A stretch of 64,000 nucleotides of DNA from Actinomycetes bacterium (GCA_031376285.1 JANMDN010000044.1:4847-68846); one strand, 5' to 3'. Positions 26,185 to 35,913 are shown, numbered from the stretch's first letter. A program made the numbers and translations. Notes: a model not told the origin generated them from the letters alone.

Positions 26185-26618
26185 CGCACCGTCAGATCGA
26201 TGTGCATGCCGCCGGTGTAGTGCCCGGTCAGGTTGCAGATCAGCGCGTAGTGGCCACGCTTCAGCGTGACCGTGAACGTCTTCGAACCCCGGCCGGCGAC
26301 TTCCCCTGACTCACCGACGTTGCCCGACTCACTGACCTTCGTTCGGGGCCCCGGCAGCGAGTCGGCCCGGTATGACGTCCGGATGACGGCGACTTCGTGC
26401 GTGATCGTCCCGGCGTTTGCGATCTTGAAGGTGACGCGCCCTGTCGGAACGACGCTGCGACTGGCCTTCAGACTGAACGTCGACGGGGAGCCCTCGGTCA
26501 CCGTGACCGTGGTCGGGGCGGACTGCTGCTTGCCCACCGTCGCGTTGGCTCCGGCGAATACGCCGAGGCCGGCAACGGCTGAGGCGAGGAGAATCAGAGG
26601 GGCTTTGCGCTGCTTCAA
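26181..26618 (-). CDS. Secreted cupredoxin-like (type-1 copper site) protein
   Basis: Signal peptide; His in ITHEV plus CNLTGHYTGGM (Cys-His-Met ligand spacing). Confidence 0.7.
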   Translation of the reverse strand: MKQRKAPLILLASAVAGLGVFAGANATVGKQQSAPTTVTVTEGSPSTFSLKASRSVVPTGRVTFKIANAGTITHEVAVIRTSYRADSLPGPRTKVSESGNVGESGEVAGRGSKTFTVTLKRGHYALICNLTGHYTGGMHIDLTVR

Positions 26619-26711
26619 CTGGGGGACTTCCTCTCGGGGCTGACGGCGCCTGTGCGCCTTGGACCCGAAGAGAAGCGATCCGAGATGAGTCAGCGATGAG
26701 AGTCTCGCGGC

Positions 26712-27551
26712 CTACCGGGCCGGTCGGGGAACCGCCACTTCGACATATTCCCGCGCGGCGGACTGTCCGGAGTCATTCCGCGCGCCTTCGATCGAACGCT
26801 CGAGGTGGGTCGCGCTTGCGCTCAGTGCAAGCAGTCCCGCGAGGCCGAGGTAGACGACGGCGATCGTCGCGCGCTGGCGGTCTGAGACCTCGAAGTAGCC
26901 CTGCTTGGCGGGATCTTTGCGGATCTTCCATTGGTTCCACAGCCCAAAGCCAGCAAACGCCACGATGATAATCAGGATCGGATTCGGCCAGATCACGAGC
27001 ATCGCCACGAGCCCGCCCATCCCGAAGAGCCAGAACGTTGGATGGAAGACGGCGGTGGCGTACCCACCGTCGAGCGGCGGCACCGGGATCAGGTTGAACA
27101 GGTTGAGGATGAAGCCGACGAACGCCAGGGCCGTGAAGAGGTCGGAGCCGAGCGCGATCCCGATTCCCCAACAGAGGAATGCGCCGGCGCTTCCGAGGAT
27201 CGGTCCGGCAAGACCCAGCCATGCGCCCTTCGCGGCATCCTTCGATGCCTCCCGCGAGAGCATCACCGCGCCCATGAAGGGGACGAAGTAGACACCCGAG
27301 ATTGGTATGCCTTGACGTTTTGCCTCGATCACATGTCCCAGCTCATGGACGAAGAGGAGCAGGACGAGGCCGACCGCGAACTGCCAGGGCCAGATGAGCG
27401 CGTACGCGCCGATCGAGACCAGCATCGAACCTGCCGTCGCAAAGATTTTGATCTTGAAGATCACAAGCAGCGCGGCTTTAAACTTCAGGAGAAGCGCCCC
27501 GACGATCGCGAACGGGGCGAGCAGGCGTCTCCAGAGGGCTTTCGGTGCCAC
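26712..27551 (-). CDS. M50 site-2-protease-family metalloprotease
   Basis: HELGH and NLIPVPPLDGG. GTG at 27551 is preferred; the ATG at 27680 would overlap the LuxR gene by 76 nt. Confidence 0.8.
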   Translation of the reverse strand: MAPKALWRRLLAPFAIVGALLLKFKAALLVIFKIKIFATAGSMLVSIGAYALIWPWQFAVGLVLLLFVHELGHVIEAKRQGIPISGVYFVPFMGAVMLSREASKDAAKGAWLGLAGPILGSAGAFLCWGIGIALGSDLFTALAFVGFILNLFNLIPVPPLDGGYATAVFHPTFWLFGMGGLVAMLVIWPNPILIIIVAFAGFGLWNQWKIRKDPAKQGYFEVSDRQRATIAVVYLGLAGLLALSASATHLERSIEGARNDSGQSAAREYVEVAVPRPAR

Positions 27552-27604
27552 GGGCCTCGTGACGGAGACGTCACGCGACCCCGAGATGCCCCCGGTGGGG
27601 TCGT

Positions 27605-28465
27605 CTACGAGCGGATCAGGCCCTGACTGAGTGCCGTCTGGACCGCTTCGCCCGGGGTCTGGGCCTCCATGCATCGACATGCTTGTTCCACCAGGGTGTG
27701 GGCCTTGTCACGCGGGATGCCGAGTTTCCAGGCGACTTCCTGCGCGTTGGACGAGCCGCGGGCGAGAAGCTGAAGCGCGGCGAGGTGTTGCCAGCGAAGG
27801 CTGCGGCGGCTCCGAGGGCCGGCGTCGCTCAGTCCGCGTACCTCTCGGATGCGGTCCTCCATACGGACCGTTCCGGCTGCGGCCTGACGGATCCAGATCG
27901 GCAGGTTGCGCACACCGACCGCGGTCGTCCAGTGGCCGTGGGCGCCCTCCTCGGCTGCACGCAGCACGTGGATCGGCTCGATATTGGGGCGCGAGAGCGC
28001 GATTACGCGGGTCGCGCCCTGGGCCGCGCGCGCTGCGTCGCGGAGTGCGGCGAACTCTTCGTCGCGTCCTTCGACGACGATGAGCACGACGCGCGGGCTG
28101 TGCGCCGTTACGGCCTGTCCGGCATCGGCTGGTACGACGGCGTCGATGACGACGAATCCGGGATCGGACGAGAACACTTGGCGGAACTGTTCGCGTGTCT
28201 CCTGGGCCGTTGCGACCACGAGGAGGCCGGGCTTCGGCGGAGCCGCTGGCGGCGCGGGCTTCGCGGCGGGGGTCGGCGGTACGACCGCGCTCTCCTCGAC
28301 GGGCTCGGCAGCCAGTGTCGGCTCGTCGGTGGGGACCGAATCTGTTGCCGCGCTCTCCTCGACCGGCTCGGCAGCCGGGGTCGGCTCGTCGCTGGGGACC
28401 GAATCCGTTGCCGCGCTCTCCTCGACCGGCTCGGCGGCGACGTTCTCTGGCGGCTCTTCGGACAT
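27605..28465 (-). CDS. LuxR-type HTH regulator with pseudo-receiver domain and repetitive acidic N-terminus
   Basis: C-terminal LuxR_C-like HTH. The receiver-like middle lacks the phospho-accepting Asp (VVLIVVEG). N-terminus has 2.4 copies of a 21-aa repeat. Confidence 0.7.
   Translation of the reverse strand: MSEEPPENVAAEPVEESAATDSVPSDEPTPAAEPVEESAATDSVPTDEPTLAAEPVEESAVVPPTPAAKPAPPAAPPKPGLLVVATAQETREQFRQVFSSDPGFVVIDAVVPADAGQAVTAHSPRVVLIVVEGRDEEFAALRDAARAAQGATRVIALSRPNIEPIHVLRAAEEGAHGHWTTAVGVRNLPIWIRQAAAGTVRMEDRIREVRGLSDAGPRSRRSLRWQHLAALQLLARGSSNAQEVAWKLGIPRDKAHTLVEQACRCMEAQTPGEAVQTALSQGLIRS
28286..28438 (-). repeat. 63-bp in-frame tandem repeat (2.4 units)
   Basis: Encodes AAEPVEESAATDSVP(S/T)DEPT(P/L) twice plus a partial third unit. 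The units differ at only a few bases. Confidence 0.85.
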
Positions 28466-28589
28466 TCCTCAAACCTCACGACGGGGGGCGACCGGGGAGG
28501 AACACTCCCAGGCGGACAACCGTCAGTTTCGCAGATCGCCCTCGGCTGGAACGGACTGCCGGTTTACGTGTCGAGCGTCGACCCGCCCG

Positions 28590-29777
28590 TCACCGCGACG
28601 AGGCGGTCGGGTCGACGGTCACCGTCGGAAGCTCCCGGGTCGCCGACGCCGAACGCTCGCCAGCCTGGGGAGGAGCCGGCGGCGGACCGGTCGCCACCAC
28701 ACGCGTCACGTCCTCGACGAAGGGTTCGTGGTTGATTTTGGCGACCGCGAATACGACCGCCTCTTTGATGATGACCACCATCGGGAGCGCGAGGAGCACG
28801 CCTCCGAGGCCGTAGAGCTGCTCGCCGATGAGTAGCCCGAAGATCACGACGAGCGGGTGCACGCCCACCGCCGTGCCCATGATCTTTGGCACGACGACAT
28901 GGCCCTCGAGCTGGTGGATCGCCACGAACGCGACGAGCACCCAGAGGGCCGAGAACGGCGAGCTGAGAAGGGCGATGACGAGCGGCAAGATGGCCCCGAG
29001 GATCGGCCCGATGTAGGGGATGAACTCCATCACGAAGACCCACGCGGCGAAGGCCACGGCATAGTTCGCCCCCTGGTCGAAGATGCCGGTAACGCCGTAG
29101 ATCCACAGCACGATTCCGGCACTCACACCGATGATCGCCGAGACGAGCAACTGCGCCTTGACGTACTCCGAGAGCGTCCGCTCGGTGCGGCGCAGGAATG
29201 CGGCTCCGTCTGGCCCGGCAACCTTCCGCGCGAAGAGGGCGATCCGCGGGGCGTCGAGCAGCATGTAGATCGAGGCGACCAGGATGAGGATCGCCGTCAC
29301 GGCCCAGCTGAGGAGGTTCAGGCTGTAGTTGACGGCATTGTCCGCCTGCTCGCCGAGCCAGCGCTGCACCGAGTCGATTGCCCCCGACGCCTTCGCCTGG
29401 AGGTCGACGTTGATGCCTCGCCGGTCGAGAAACGCTTGGATCGATTGCACCTGGCGCTGGGCCTGGTCCGTGTAGTCGGGGAGGCGCTGGCGGATGTCCT
29501 CGATCTGACCGCGAACGGGGCTGATGACCAGGCTCACGCCACCGGCGATCCCCGCGGCAAGTGACACGAACACGGCGAGCACCGCAAGGCCCCTGGGAAC
29601 GTGCAGCCGGCGCAGCATTCGGACGACGGGGTTCAAGATCAGGGAGATGACCACCGACACCACGAAGATGACGAGCACCGTGCCGACCGTGCTCCCGATG
29701 ATCCAGAGCGTCAGCAGGATCGCCGGTATGAGGAAGAACCGCGCCCATGGGGGCATTTGCGCTGCGGCGTTACCCAT
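28590..29777 (-). CDS. AI-2E (PerM/UPF0118) family transporter
   Basis: Multi-TM profile with the characteristic FIPYIGPILG segment. Confidence 0.85.
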   Translation of the reverse strand: MGNAAAQMPPWARFFLIPAILLTLWIIGSTVGTVLVIFVVSVVISLILNPVVRMLRRLHVPRGLAVLAVFVSLAAGIAGGVSLVISPVRGQIEDIRQRLPDYTDQAQRQVQSIQAFLDRRGINVDLQAKASGAIDSVQRWLGEQADNAVNYSLNLLSWAVTAILILVASIYMLLDAPRIALFARKVAGPDGAAFLRRTERTLSEYVKAQLLVSAIIGVSAGIVLWIYGVTGIFDQGANYAVAFAAWVFVMEFIPYIGPILGAILPLVIALLSSPFSALWVLVAFVAIHQLEGHVVVPKIMGTAVGVHPLVVIFGLLIGEQLYGLGGVLLALPMVVIIKEAVVFAVAKINHEPFVEDVTRVVATGPPPAPPQAGERSASATRELPTVTVDPTASSR

Positions 29778-29881
29778 GGGGCAATCGTAGTCTCCACACC
29801 CGAGGAAGGCACCCGCCAAGGCGTTCGCCTCCGCGGTCGACTCAGTCGCGGCGAGCGCTCCTTGGCTATCGTTGGGACGCG

Positions 29882-30637
29882 ATGCCGCCACTTTCTCGCG
29901 AGCAGCTCGCCGCGCGCCGGAAGCGCCGCCGAGCGATCGACCAACGCCGCCACCACCGTTTCGCGGTGCGCGCCGCCCTGCCCTTTGCCATCATCGGAGC
30001 GATCGCCGCGTTGGTGGTCTTCGCCGTTTCGACAATCGATCGCTCGAACCCGGAGGCCGGCGGTATCGCACCACCGGTGCAGCCGCCAAGCGGTGCAGCC
30101 CGGCTGCCTCAGGCGGTCATCATCGCGTCGGCGGGCAACGTCGATCTGCGCCTGCCGATCGAGCGCTCCCAAATCACCGCCATCGTCTTCCGGGCTGTCG
30201 AGAACCCGAGCGCGGTCGCCCTCACGCCATCGGAGGGCCTCTCGGTCCATATCGCTCCACGGGGAGACAGAAGCGGTTCGGACACCGCCTCGGTTGACGT
30301 CGGCGCTCCCGCGAAGACGGCCGTCTACGCTCCGGTGACCGGGGTCATCCATGCGATCGTGCCGTACCGTGTGGCGGGTCGCGTCGAGGGCTACGAGGTC
30401 CTCATCAACCCCGACAGCGCGGCAGATCGGACCGTCCGAATGAATCACCTCGAAACCCTCGTCGGGAGCGACCGCCCCCACGTTCGCCAGCCGGTGCGTG
30501 AGGGAGAGACCCCAATCGGCCAGGTGCGTGACTTCTCCCGCGTCGCCGAACAGACCGTCGCTCGTTACACGGCCGATTCCGGTAACCACGTCCACATCGA
30601 AGTCGAGCGCAAACCCGTCGGGGGCCTCCTCCCCTGA
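29882..30637 (+). CDS. Membrane-anchored degenerate M23/LytM-like protein
   Basis: N-terminal TM; C-terminal VREGETPIGQV ... SGNHVHIEV resembles GxHLHFE. No clear HxxxD motif. Confidence 0.55.
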   Translation: MPPLSREQLAARRKRRRAIDQRRHHRFAVRAALPFAIIGAIAALVVFAVSTIDRSNPEAGGIAPPVQPPSGAARLPQAVIIASAGNVDLRLPIERSQITAIVFRAVENPSAVALTPSEGLSVHIAPRGDRSGSDTASVDVGAPAKTAVYAPVTGVIHAIVPYRVAGRVEGYEVLINPDSAADRTVRMNHLETLVGSDRPHVRQPVREGETPIGQVRDFSRVAEQTVARYTADSGNHVHIEVERKPVGGLLP

Positions 30638-31443
30638 TGAGGACGCTCATCATCGGCGATGTGGTCGCTGAAGTGGGGCTCGGCGCCCTGCTTGCGACGC
30701 TGCCCTCGCTTCGCGAGCGCCACTCCCCGGATCTCGTAATCGTCAATTCCGAGAATGCCGCCGGTGGGACGGGAACGAGCGCCAAACAGGTGGCACAACT
30801 CCTCGGCGCGGGTGTCGACGTCCTCACCGGTGGCAATCACACGTTTCACGACCGGAGTCTCTACCCGGTGCTCGAAACCGAGCCGCGTGTGCTCCGGCCC
30901 GCGAACGTCGCCAAACGGGCGCCGGGCCGAGGCTCGGTTGTGGTCGACGTCATCGGCGGCGGGCGCGCGGCGGTGATCAACCTGATGGGTCTCGTGTTCA
31001 TGCAGGCCGCCGCCGTGAGTCCTTTCGAGGTCGTTGACGACCTCGTCGAGCGAGCACGCCGCGAAACGCCGACGATTTTTGTCGATATCCATGCGGAGGC
31101 CACGAGCGAGAAGATCGCGCTCGGGCACCACCTCGACGGCCGCGTGAGCGCGGTCGTCGGAACGCACACGCACGTTCAGACCTCTGATGCTCGGATCCTC
31201 GGCGGCGGCACGGCCTACATCACAGACCTCGGGATGACTGGCCCGCACGATTCGGTCATCGGCGTCAAAAAAGAGATCATCCTTCGTCGCTACTTGACCG
31301 GGCTCCCAGGCCGATTCGAGCCGGCGAAGGGCGGCGTGCTCGTCCAGGGCGTGATCGTCGAAATCGGCGAAGATGGGCTCGCAACGTCGATTGAGGCCAT
31401 CAGCATGGCCCCGGTCGTGCCAAACGCTCCCGGTTGGGATTGA
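30637..31443 (+). CDS. YmdB-type metallophosphoesterase (TIGR00282 family)
   Basis: IIGDVV ... NSENAAGG ... GNHTF ... VDIHAEATSEK ... GTHTHVQT. Confidence 0.85.
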   Translation: MRTLIIGDVVAEVGLGALLATLPSLRERHSPDLVIVNSENAAGGTGTSAKQVAQLLGAGVDVLTGGNHTFHDRSLYPVLETEPRVLRPANVAKRAPGRGSVVVDVIGGGRAAVINLMGLVFMQAAAVSPFEVVDDLVERARRETPTIFVDIHAEATSEKIALGHHLDGRVSAVVGTHTHVQTSDARILGGGTAYITDLGMTGPHDSVIGVKKEIILRRYLTGLPGRFEPAKGGVLVQGVIVEIGEDGLATSIEAISMAPVVPNAPGWD

Positions 31444-31458
31444 CGCTCTTCCAGTCGG

Positions 31459-31845
31459 TCAGACCTGGATGGTCTCGACGGCGTAGCGGCTGAGCATTCG
31501 ATCTGACGTCAGGATTGGAAGATTAAGCAACTGGGCTTGGGCGACGAGTATGCGGTCGAACGGGTCTCGGTGAATCAGCGGCAGCGTTGCGACATGGAGC
31601 GCGTGGTGGTGTTCGAGCGGGACCGCTGTGGTCTTGGAGACTCGGAGTCGATCGGGCACCCAGGTCGCCGGAGGCTCGGGGAGCGGAAGGCGACCCAAGG
31701 CGTACTTGATCGCAATTTCCCAGCTGCTCGCGGCGGAGAGTAACAGCTCATTTTCGTCGTTTGCGACGAGTGTTCGCGCGGTCCCAAGCCGCGCAGGGTC
31801 CGTCTGCATCCAAAGCCAGCATTGCGTGTCGAGAAGGAGTCTCAC
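31459..31845 (-). CDS. vapC: PIN-domain toxin VapC
   Basis: LLLDTQ ... SAASSWEIAIK ... HRDPFDRILVAQA; 4-nt overlap with the antitoxin gene. Confidence 0.85.
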   Translation of the reverse strand: MRLLLDTQCWLWMQTDPARLGTARTLVANDENELLLSAASSWEIAIKYALGRLPLPEPPATWVPDRLRVSKTTAVPLEHHHALHVATLPLIHRDPFDRILVAQAQLLNLPILTSDRMLSRYAVETIQV

Positions 31846-32072
31846 CGCTCGAACGCGTCGAGAACCTCATCGGGCAGAGGCGCGTCAAAGTCGTCTGGCA
31901 CAGTGAAGCGTCCGACGTCCACGCCGAGCTGACGAGTGCCGCTCACCGGAACGGGGACGAGGCGCGCGACCGGGACATCGCCGCGGGTAATTTCGATCTC
32001 TTCGCCTGCTGCGACCCGACGTAGCAGGGCAGACAAATGTGTCTTGGCCTCGTGGACACCGACAGAACGCAT
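31842..32072 (-). CDS. vapB: Phd/YefM-type antitoxin (VapB)
   Basis: VGVHEAKTHLSALLRRVAAGEEIEITRGDVPVARLVP. Confidence 0.8.
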   Translation of the reverse strand: MRSVGVHEAKTHLSALLRRVAAGEEIEITRGDVPVARLVPVPVSGTRQLGVDVGRFTVPDDFDAPLPDEVLDAFER

Positions 32073-32085
32073 GCGGCGAGTCTAT

Positions 32086-32108
32086 CGACTTAGTCGGTCA
32101 ACTAGTTG
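32086..32108. promoter_or_regulatory. Two adjacent palindromes upstream of vapB
   Basis: CGACTtAGTCG (32086-32096) and CAACTAGTTG (32099-32108), 14-36 nt upstream of the vapB ATG. Confidence 0.45.
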
Positions 32109-32113
32109 CCGCC

Positions 32114-32719
32114 CTACCCCAGGCCGCGAGAGTCCTGCTTGAGGGCCGTGTCGACACCCACGGCTGCTCCGAGCACCATCGTCCGGAGGGGGCCGCGCAG
32201 GCTCGGATCCACCTTCAAGAGGTAGTGGTCCGCGGTCGTGAACGCGGTCCGTAGGAGTCCCTCCCAGGTCTTCGTGATGCGCGCGACCTCGCGGTCGGTG
32301 GTGTCGACGATGCTGAAGTCCCAGGCGCGCCAGTTCTCCGCACGGATCTCACCGAGCTCAGCGCCCATTGGGCTGACCAACCCAAAACGGATCCTTCCAA
32401 AGACGTTTCGCTGGAGGATTTCGCCCGCCAAATCGCCCTGCGCATCGAGCACCTGCACGCGGGACTTCATGAACTTCGCCGGGCGCACGAGGGTGATGAC
32501 GCGTTCGCCGCTTGCGTCGGTCACCCCGAGGCGATGGGTGAGGAACTGATCGAGCGAGCTCACGAGGCGGAGTGCCTTCTTGAGGGTGCTCTGACCCTCC
32601 TGCCGAACATAGCCCACCTCGGTGCCGTCCTCGCTGAGGATCTGGTACTCGTTGGTGAGTTCGACGACCTTCGCCTTCTGGCGAAAGACGAGGCGGTCGT
32701 GGGCGAGGAGAGCGGACAA
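32114..32719 (-). CDS. Phospholipid-scramblase / LURP-one-like (tubby-C fold) family protein
   Basis: Repeated beta-hairpin pattern NEYQILSEDGTEVGYVRQE ... FSIVDTTDREVARITKTWEG ... TADHYLL. Confidence 0.6.
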   Translation of the reverse strand: MSALLAHDRLVFRQKAKVVELTNEYQILSEDGTEVGYVRQEGQSTLKKALRLVSSLDQFLTHRLGVTDASGERVITLVRPAKFMKSRVQVLDAQGDLAGEILQRNVFGRIRFGLVSPMGAELGEIRAENWRAWDFSIVDTTDREVARITKTWEGLLRTAFTTADHYLLKVDPSLRGPLRTMVLGAAVGVDTALKQDSRGLG

Positions 32720-32800
32720 CCTGGGGCTCCTGTGTCGGATCGGCGGTTGATCGATGGTAGTCGGCCGCAGTTGCGCAGCGACCCACGCACCGACAGGCGT

Positions 32801-34096
32801 TCAGTCAATGAGGAATCGGGCCGAGAACGCACTCTCGGGGGCATCCTTGGCCAGGGTTGTGCGGCCTGGCGTGACGAGCGTCGCCGCGGGTGGCGCGACC
32901 GGGCGGGGCCAAGCGGCGGCAAGGAAGACCATGAGCAGCGCGTTTCGCACCGCGACCTGCGCGACCGGCAGGCCGTCCATCGCGACGAGATCCCAGTACT
33001 GGTAGGGGAAGTACACGAGCGTCAGGATCATGGCCGCAAGTGCGGCTGCGAACGCGACCCGACCGAAGCGACCGCTCACGAGGAACGCAACCGGAAGCAA
33101 CCAGATCAGGAACTGCGGTGAGAGGACCTTGCCGAATACGAGCAGCGCGCCGACGGTCGCCGCCAAACCGGCGAAGGTGACCTGAGCCGCTTCATCGGGG
33201 CGAACGCGCCGAAGGAGAAACCAGACCGTCGCCGCGATGAGGACGATCGCGAGGCCGAGGAGGGCCGTCGAGATCGCCGCGACGACGCTCGGCCCGTGGC
33301 CGGGGAGGCCCTGGCTTCCAAAGCTATTTGTGACGCTCACGGTGCGACCGACAAGGCCCATGATGACCTCGATGTAGCTCGCTCCAGTCGACTCGATCTG
33401 GAGCGGGCGGTCGAGGTGGTAGGAGACGATTCCCCATGTCCCTCGGGGCGACATGATCGCGAAGGGCGCGACCGCGGCCGCGAGCCCCCCAAGCGACGCG
33501 GCAAGACCCACGGCGGCCCGTCGGGCGCCCCGGTGGCGCGCGTGGACCACCAGGAGCAGCGGAATGAGCGCGAGGGGAAGCAGCTTCACGAGGGTGCCGA
33601 CGGCGATGAGGGTCCAAGCCACCGCGAAACGTTTCGAGCAGATCGCCCAGGCCGTCCAGGCAAGGACGGCGGCAAAAAGCAGGTCGAAGCGGGTCTCGAC
33701 CATGTTGCCCAGAACGAGCGGACAGAGCGCGACGACGAGCCCGGCGCCGAGCGTTCGCCGCCGGCTCGCGCCGAGGACGCGTGCCGTGGCAATGACACCA
33801 ACGAGTGTCGCGAGGAGGCAGACGAGCATGAGTGCCGAAAAGGCTGGACCGAAGGCCCCTGGAAGCGCACCGGCCAGCCAAAAGAGCCCTGCCGCCGCCG
33901 GGGGATATTCGAGGGGGAAGTCACGGTACGGAAGCTGCCCGGCCGCCATCTGGCGCTCGGCAGCCTCGTACACGGGAAGGTCACTGATCCCGTGGTGGCT
34001 GTACTTGGTGAACTGGAGAAACACCAACCAGACCGTGCACGCCAGCACGGTCAGCCCGAGTACCAGCGGCCACACCGTGGAGCGCCGCGCGGTCAT
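32801..34096 (-). CDS. GT-C fold membrane glycosyltransferase (DUF2029/GT87-like)
   Basis: Many TM helices; DLPVYEAAERQMAAGQLPYRDFPLEYPP loop. ATGA overlap with the upstream gene. Confidence 0.7.
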   Translation of the reverse strand: MTARRSTVWPLVLGLTVLACTVWLVFLQFTKYSHHGISDLPVYEAAERQMAAGQLPYRDFPLEYPPAAAGLFWLAGALPGAFGPAFSALMLVCLLATLVGVIATARVLGASRRRTLGAGLVVALCPLVLGNMVETRFDLLFAAVLAWTAWAICSKRFAVAWTLIAVGTLVKLLPLALIPLLLVVHARHRGARRAAVGLAASLGGLAAAVAPFAIMSPRGTWGIVSYHLDRPLQIESTGASYIEVIMGLVGRTVSVTNSFGSQGLPGHGPSVVAAISTALLGLAIVLIAATVWFLLRRVRPDEAAQVTFAGLAATVGALLVFGKVLSPQFLIWLLPVAFLVSGRFGRVAFAAALAAMILTLVYFPYQYWDLVAMDGLPVAQVAVRNALLMVFLAAAWPRPVAPPAATLVTPGRTTLAKDAPESAFSARFLID

Positions 34097-35913
34097 GCCG
34101 GGCTCCATGCCTCGGTCGGGCTTGCCGCCACCGACACCCGCACGGGATCGATGCGCGGCGCGACCGCGGGGCGCGGCCAATGCGGAACCATGACCAGGAG
34201 CGCGAACGGGATGAACCACGGGACATACAAGTAGAACCAGTGCGTCAGCGTGAGCTGCATCCCGATCATCAGCGCGCCGGAAATGGCGGCGAACTGGACG
34301 AGATCCATTCGCTTCGGGAAGCGGAGCACCGCGATCGCCGCGACGGCGACAAGTCCGAGGAGGGCGATCTGGACCGGGCGCAGCGCCGGGTACTGTCCCC
34401 AGATCGAGAACGGCGAGTCGCGTCCGAACTGGTAGCCGAGCGTGCGCGACCAGAAGGCCCGCACGCCGTCGAACCCATCGAGGAACAGCACCCAACCGGT
34501 GGAGAGCGCGGCCAGGCAAAGTCCGGCGAGGAAGGCGAGTCGTCCCTGCGAGCGGGCGCGCGGAAACGGACTTCGGCTCCAAAGCGGAAGCAGCACGGCC
34601 GGCGCGAACTTCGTCGCGAGCGCCAAGCCGAGTAGGAATCCGCGCCCGAGTGGGCGCCGGGCCGCGACGAGACCCCAGATGAGCATCGCCGCGACGAGGC
34701 TGTCGTTGGAGTTACTTTCAAGCGAATAGGCCGTGAACGGGAACGCCGACCACCCGAGGGCGAGGGCGACCGCCAGTCGGGCCCCCGAGAGGATCCAACC
34801 GAGGGCCATCATCCCGAGGACGGCAAGCACGTCAAAGAGCACCGCAGCCCCGTGAGCCGCGCCCAGGTCGTCCCACTTTCCCTTCCACGGCATCGCCAGC
34901 TCGAACGGCACGTAGGTGAGGTAGTTGAGGGGCCCGTAGGTGTCGCAGCGTCCACAGTCCTTCGGGAACGTGCCGTACGGCGTTTGGCCGTCGACGATCC
35001 GGTCGGCTCCGATGACTCCCGCGTACCCGACGTCGATGACGTTGCTGTCAAACGCGTTCAGGCCGAACCGCAGGCCCAACGTCACGACGAGGAGCGTCAC
35101 GAGGGTCCACGTCGGGAGCCCCCCGCCAACGCGCGGCCGGCGCGGCTCGGAGACTCCGTCTGCGCCGTCCGGAGGGGGCCCTCCTGCCGACCGGGAGCGC
35201 TGCGCGGCGATCCAGCCGAGTCGGAGCGCGAGGTAGACAAGCGGCGGGTACTGCAGGGGCACCGAGGTGAAGATCTCACCCTCGTTGAACCAGATCAGCG
35301 AGATGCCGAGCGAGAGGAGTGCCGTGAGATCGAGTGTGCGCATCGACAGCGGCCGACGCCAGTCGATCATCGCGACCAGAAAAAGCACGGAGAGGGTCAG
35401 CCAGACCGCGGGGCGGTTGATTCCACGCCCGAACGCGCCCCGGTAGCCGCGGGCCATCATCCAGGCGACCTGCGGGCCCGTGCGCACCTCGCTGACTTCA
35501 CCGGTCTCGTCGCGGACGAGCACCTCGGATTGCGTGACCTCCGTACCGTTTGCCCGACGCGCGACGTAGGAGACGGTCCAGAGCCCCTTCTTCGCATCGA
35601 AGGTCGCCTTCACCTTGGAGATCGCGTGATCGGCAAGCCAATCGTTCAGGCGCGTCGAGGTGCGAGCTGCGCCGATGGCCTCGGCCTTCGAAAGCTCGGC
35701 CTGCTTCGGCGTGCCCACGCGTTCGCGCCCCGTTACTTGGACGTCTGCGACCCCCTGGGCAAGGCCGCCCACGAGATCCTCGACCGCTTGCGCGGCGGCG
35801 GCGACCGGTGGGTTGTCAATCGCTCGTGGGGGGGTCGTTGACGCCCCGACGGCCGGCGCGCTGAGGGCAATCGCGACGATGAGCGCGCCGGCCGCCTGGC
35901 GAAGCCGGCTCAC
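34093..35913 (-). CDS. GT-C fold membrane glycosyltransferase with N-terminal extracytoplasmic domain
   Basis: Signal/anchor, about 150-aa soluble domain, then polytopic region with IDVGYAGVIGADRIVDGQTPYG. Confidence 0.6.
   Translation of the reverse strand: MSRLRQAAGALIVAIALSAPAVGASTTPPRAIDNPPVAAAAQAVEDLVGGLAQGVADVQVTGRERVGTPKQAELSKAEAIGAARTSTRLNDWLADHAISKVKATFDAKKGLWTVSYVARRANGTEVTQSEVLVRDETGEVSEVRTGPQVAWMMARGYRGAFGRGINRPAVWLTLSVLFLVAMIDWRRPLSMRTLDLTALLSLGISLIWFNEGEIFTSVPLQYPPLVYLALRLGWIAAQRSRSAGGPPPDGADGVSEPRRPRVGGGLPTWTLVTLLVVTLGLRFGLNAFDSNVIDVGYAGVIGADRIVDGQTPYGTFPKDCGRCDTYGPLNYLTYVPFELAMPWKGKWDDLGAAHGAAVLFDVLAVLGMMALGWILSGARLAVALALGWSAFPFTAYSLESNSNDSLVAAMLIWGLVAARRPLGRGFLLGLALATKFAPAVLLPLWSRSPFPRARSQGRLAFLAGLCLAALSTGWVLFLDGFDGVRAFWSRTLGYQFGRDSPFSIWGQYPALRPVQIALLGLVAVAAIAVLRFPKRMDLVQFAAISGALMIGMQLTLTHWFYLYVPWFIPFALLVMVPHWPRPAVAPRIDPVRVSVAASPTEAWSPA

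Noticed and set aside
28286-28438. Regularly spaced repeats that might suggest a CRISPR array
   Set aside because: The units are contiguous 63-bp repeats with no spacers, in frame inside the LuxR-type gene. No CRISPR-like repeat-spacer structure was seen anywhere in the window.
34097-34582. 162-codon extension of the GT-C gene overlapping the upstream GT-C gene
   Set aside because: It has junk composition. The ATG at 34096 forms an ATGA overlap with the upstream stop and is followed directly by the first TM helix.
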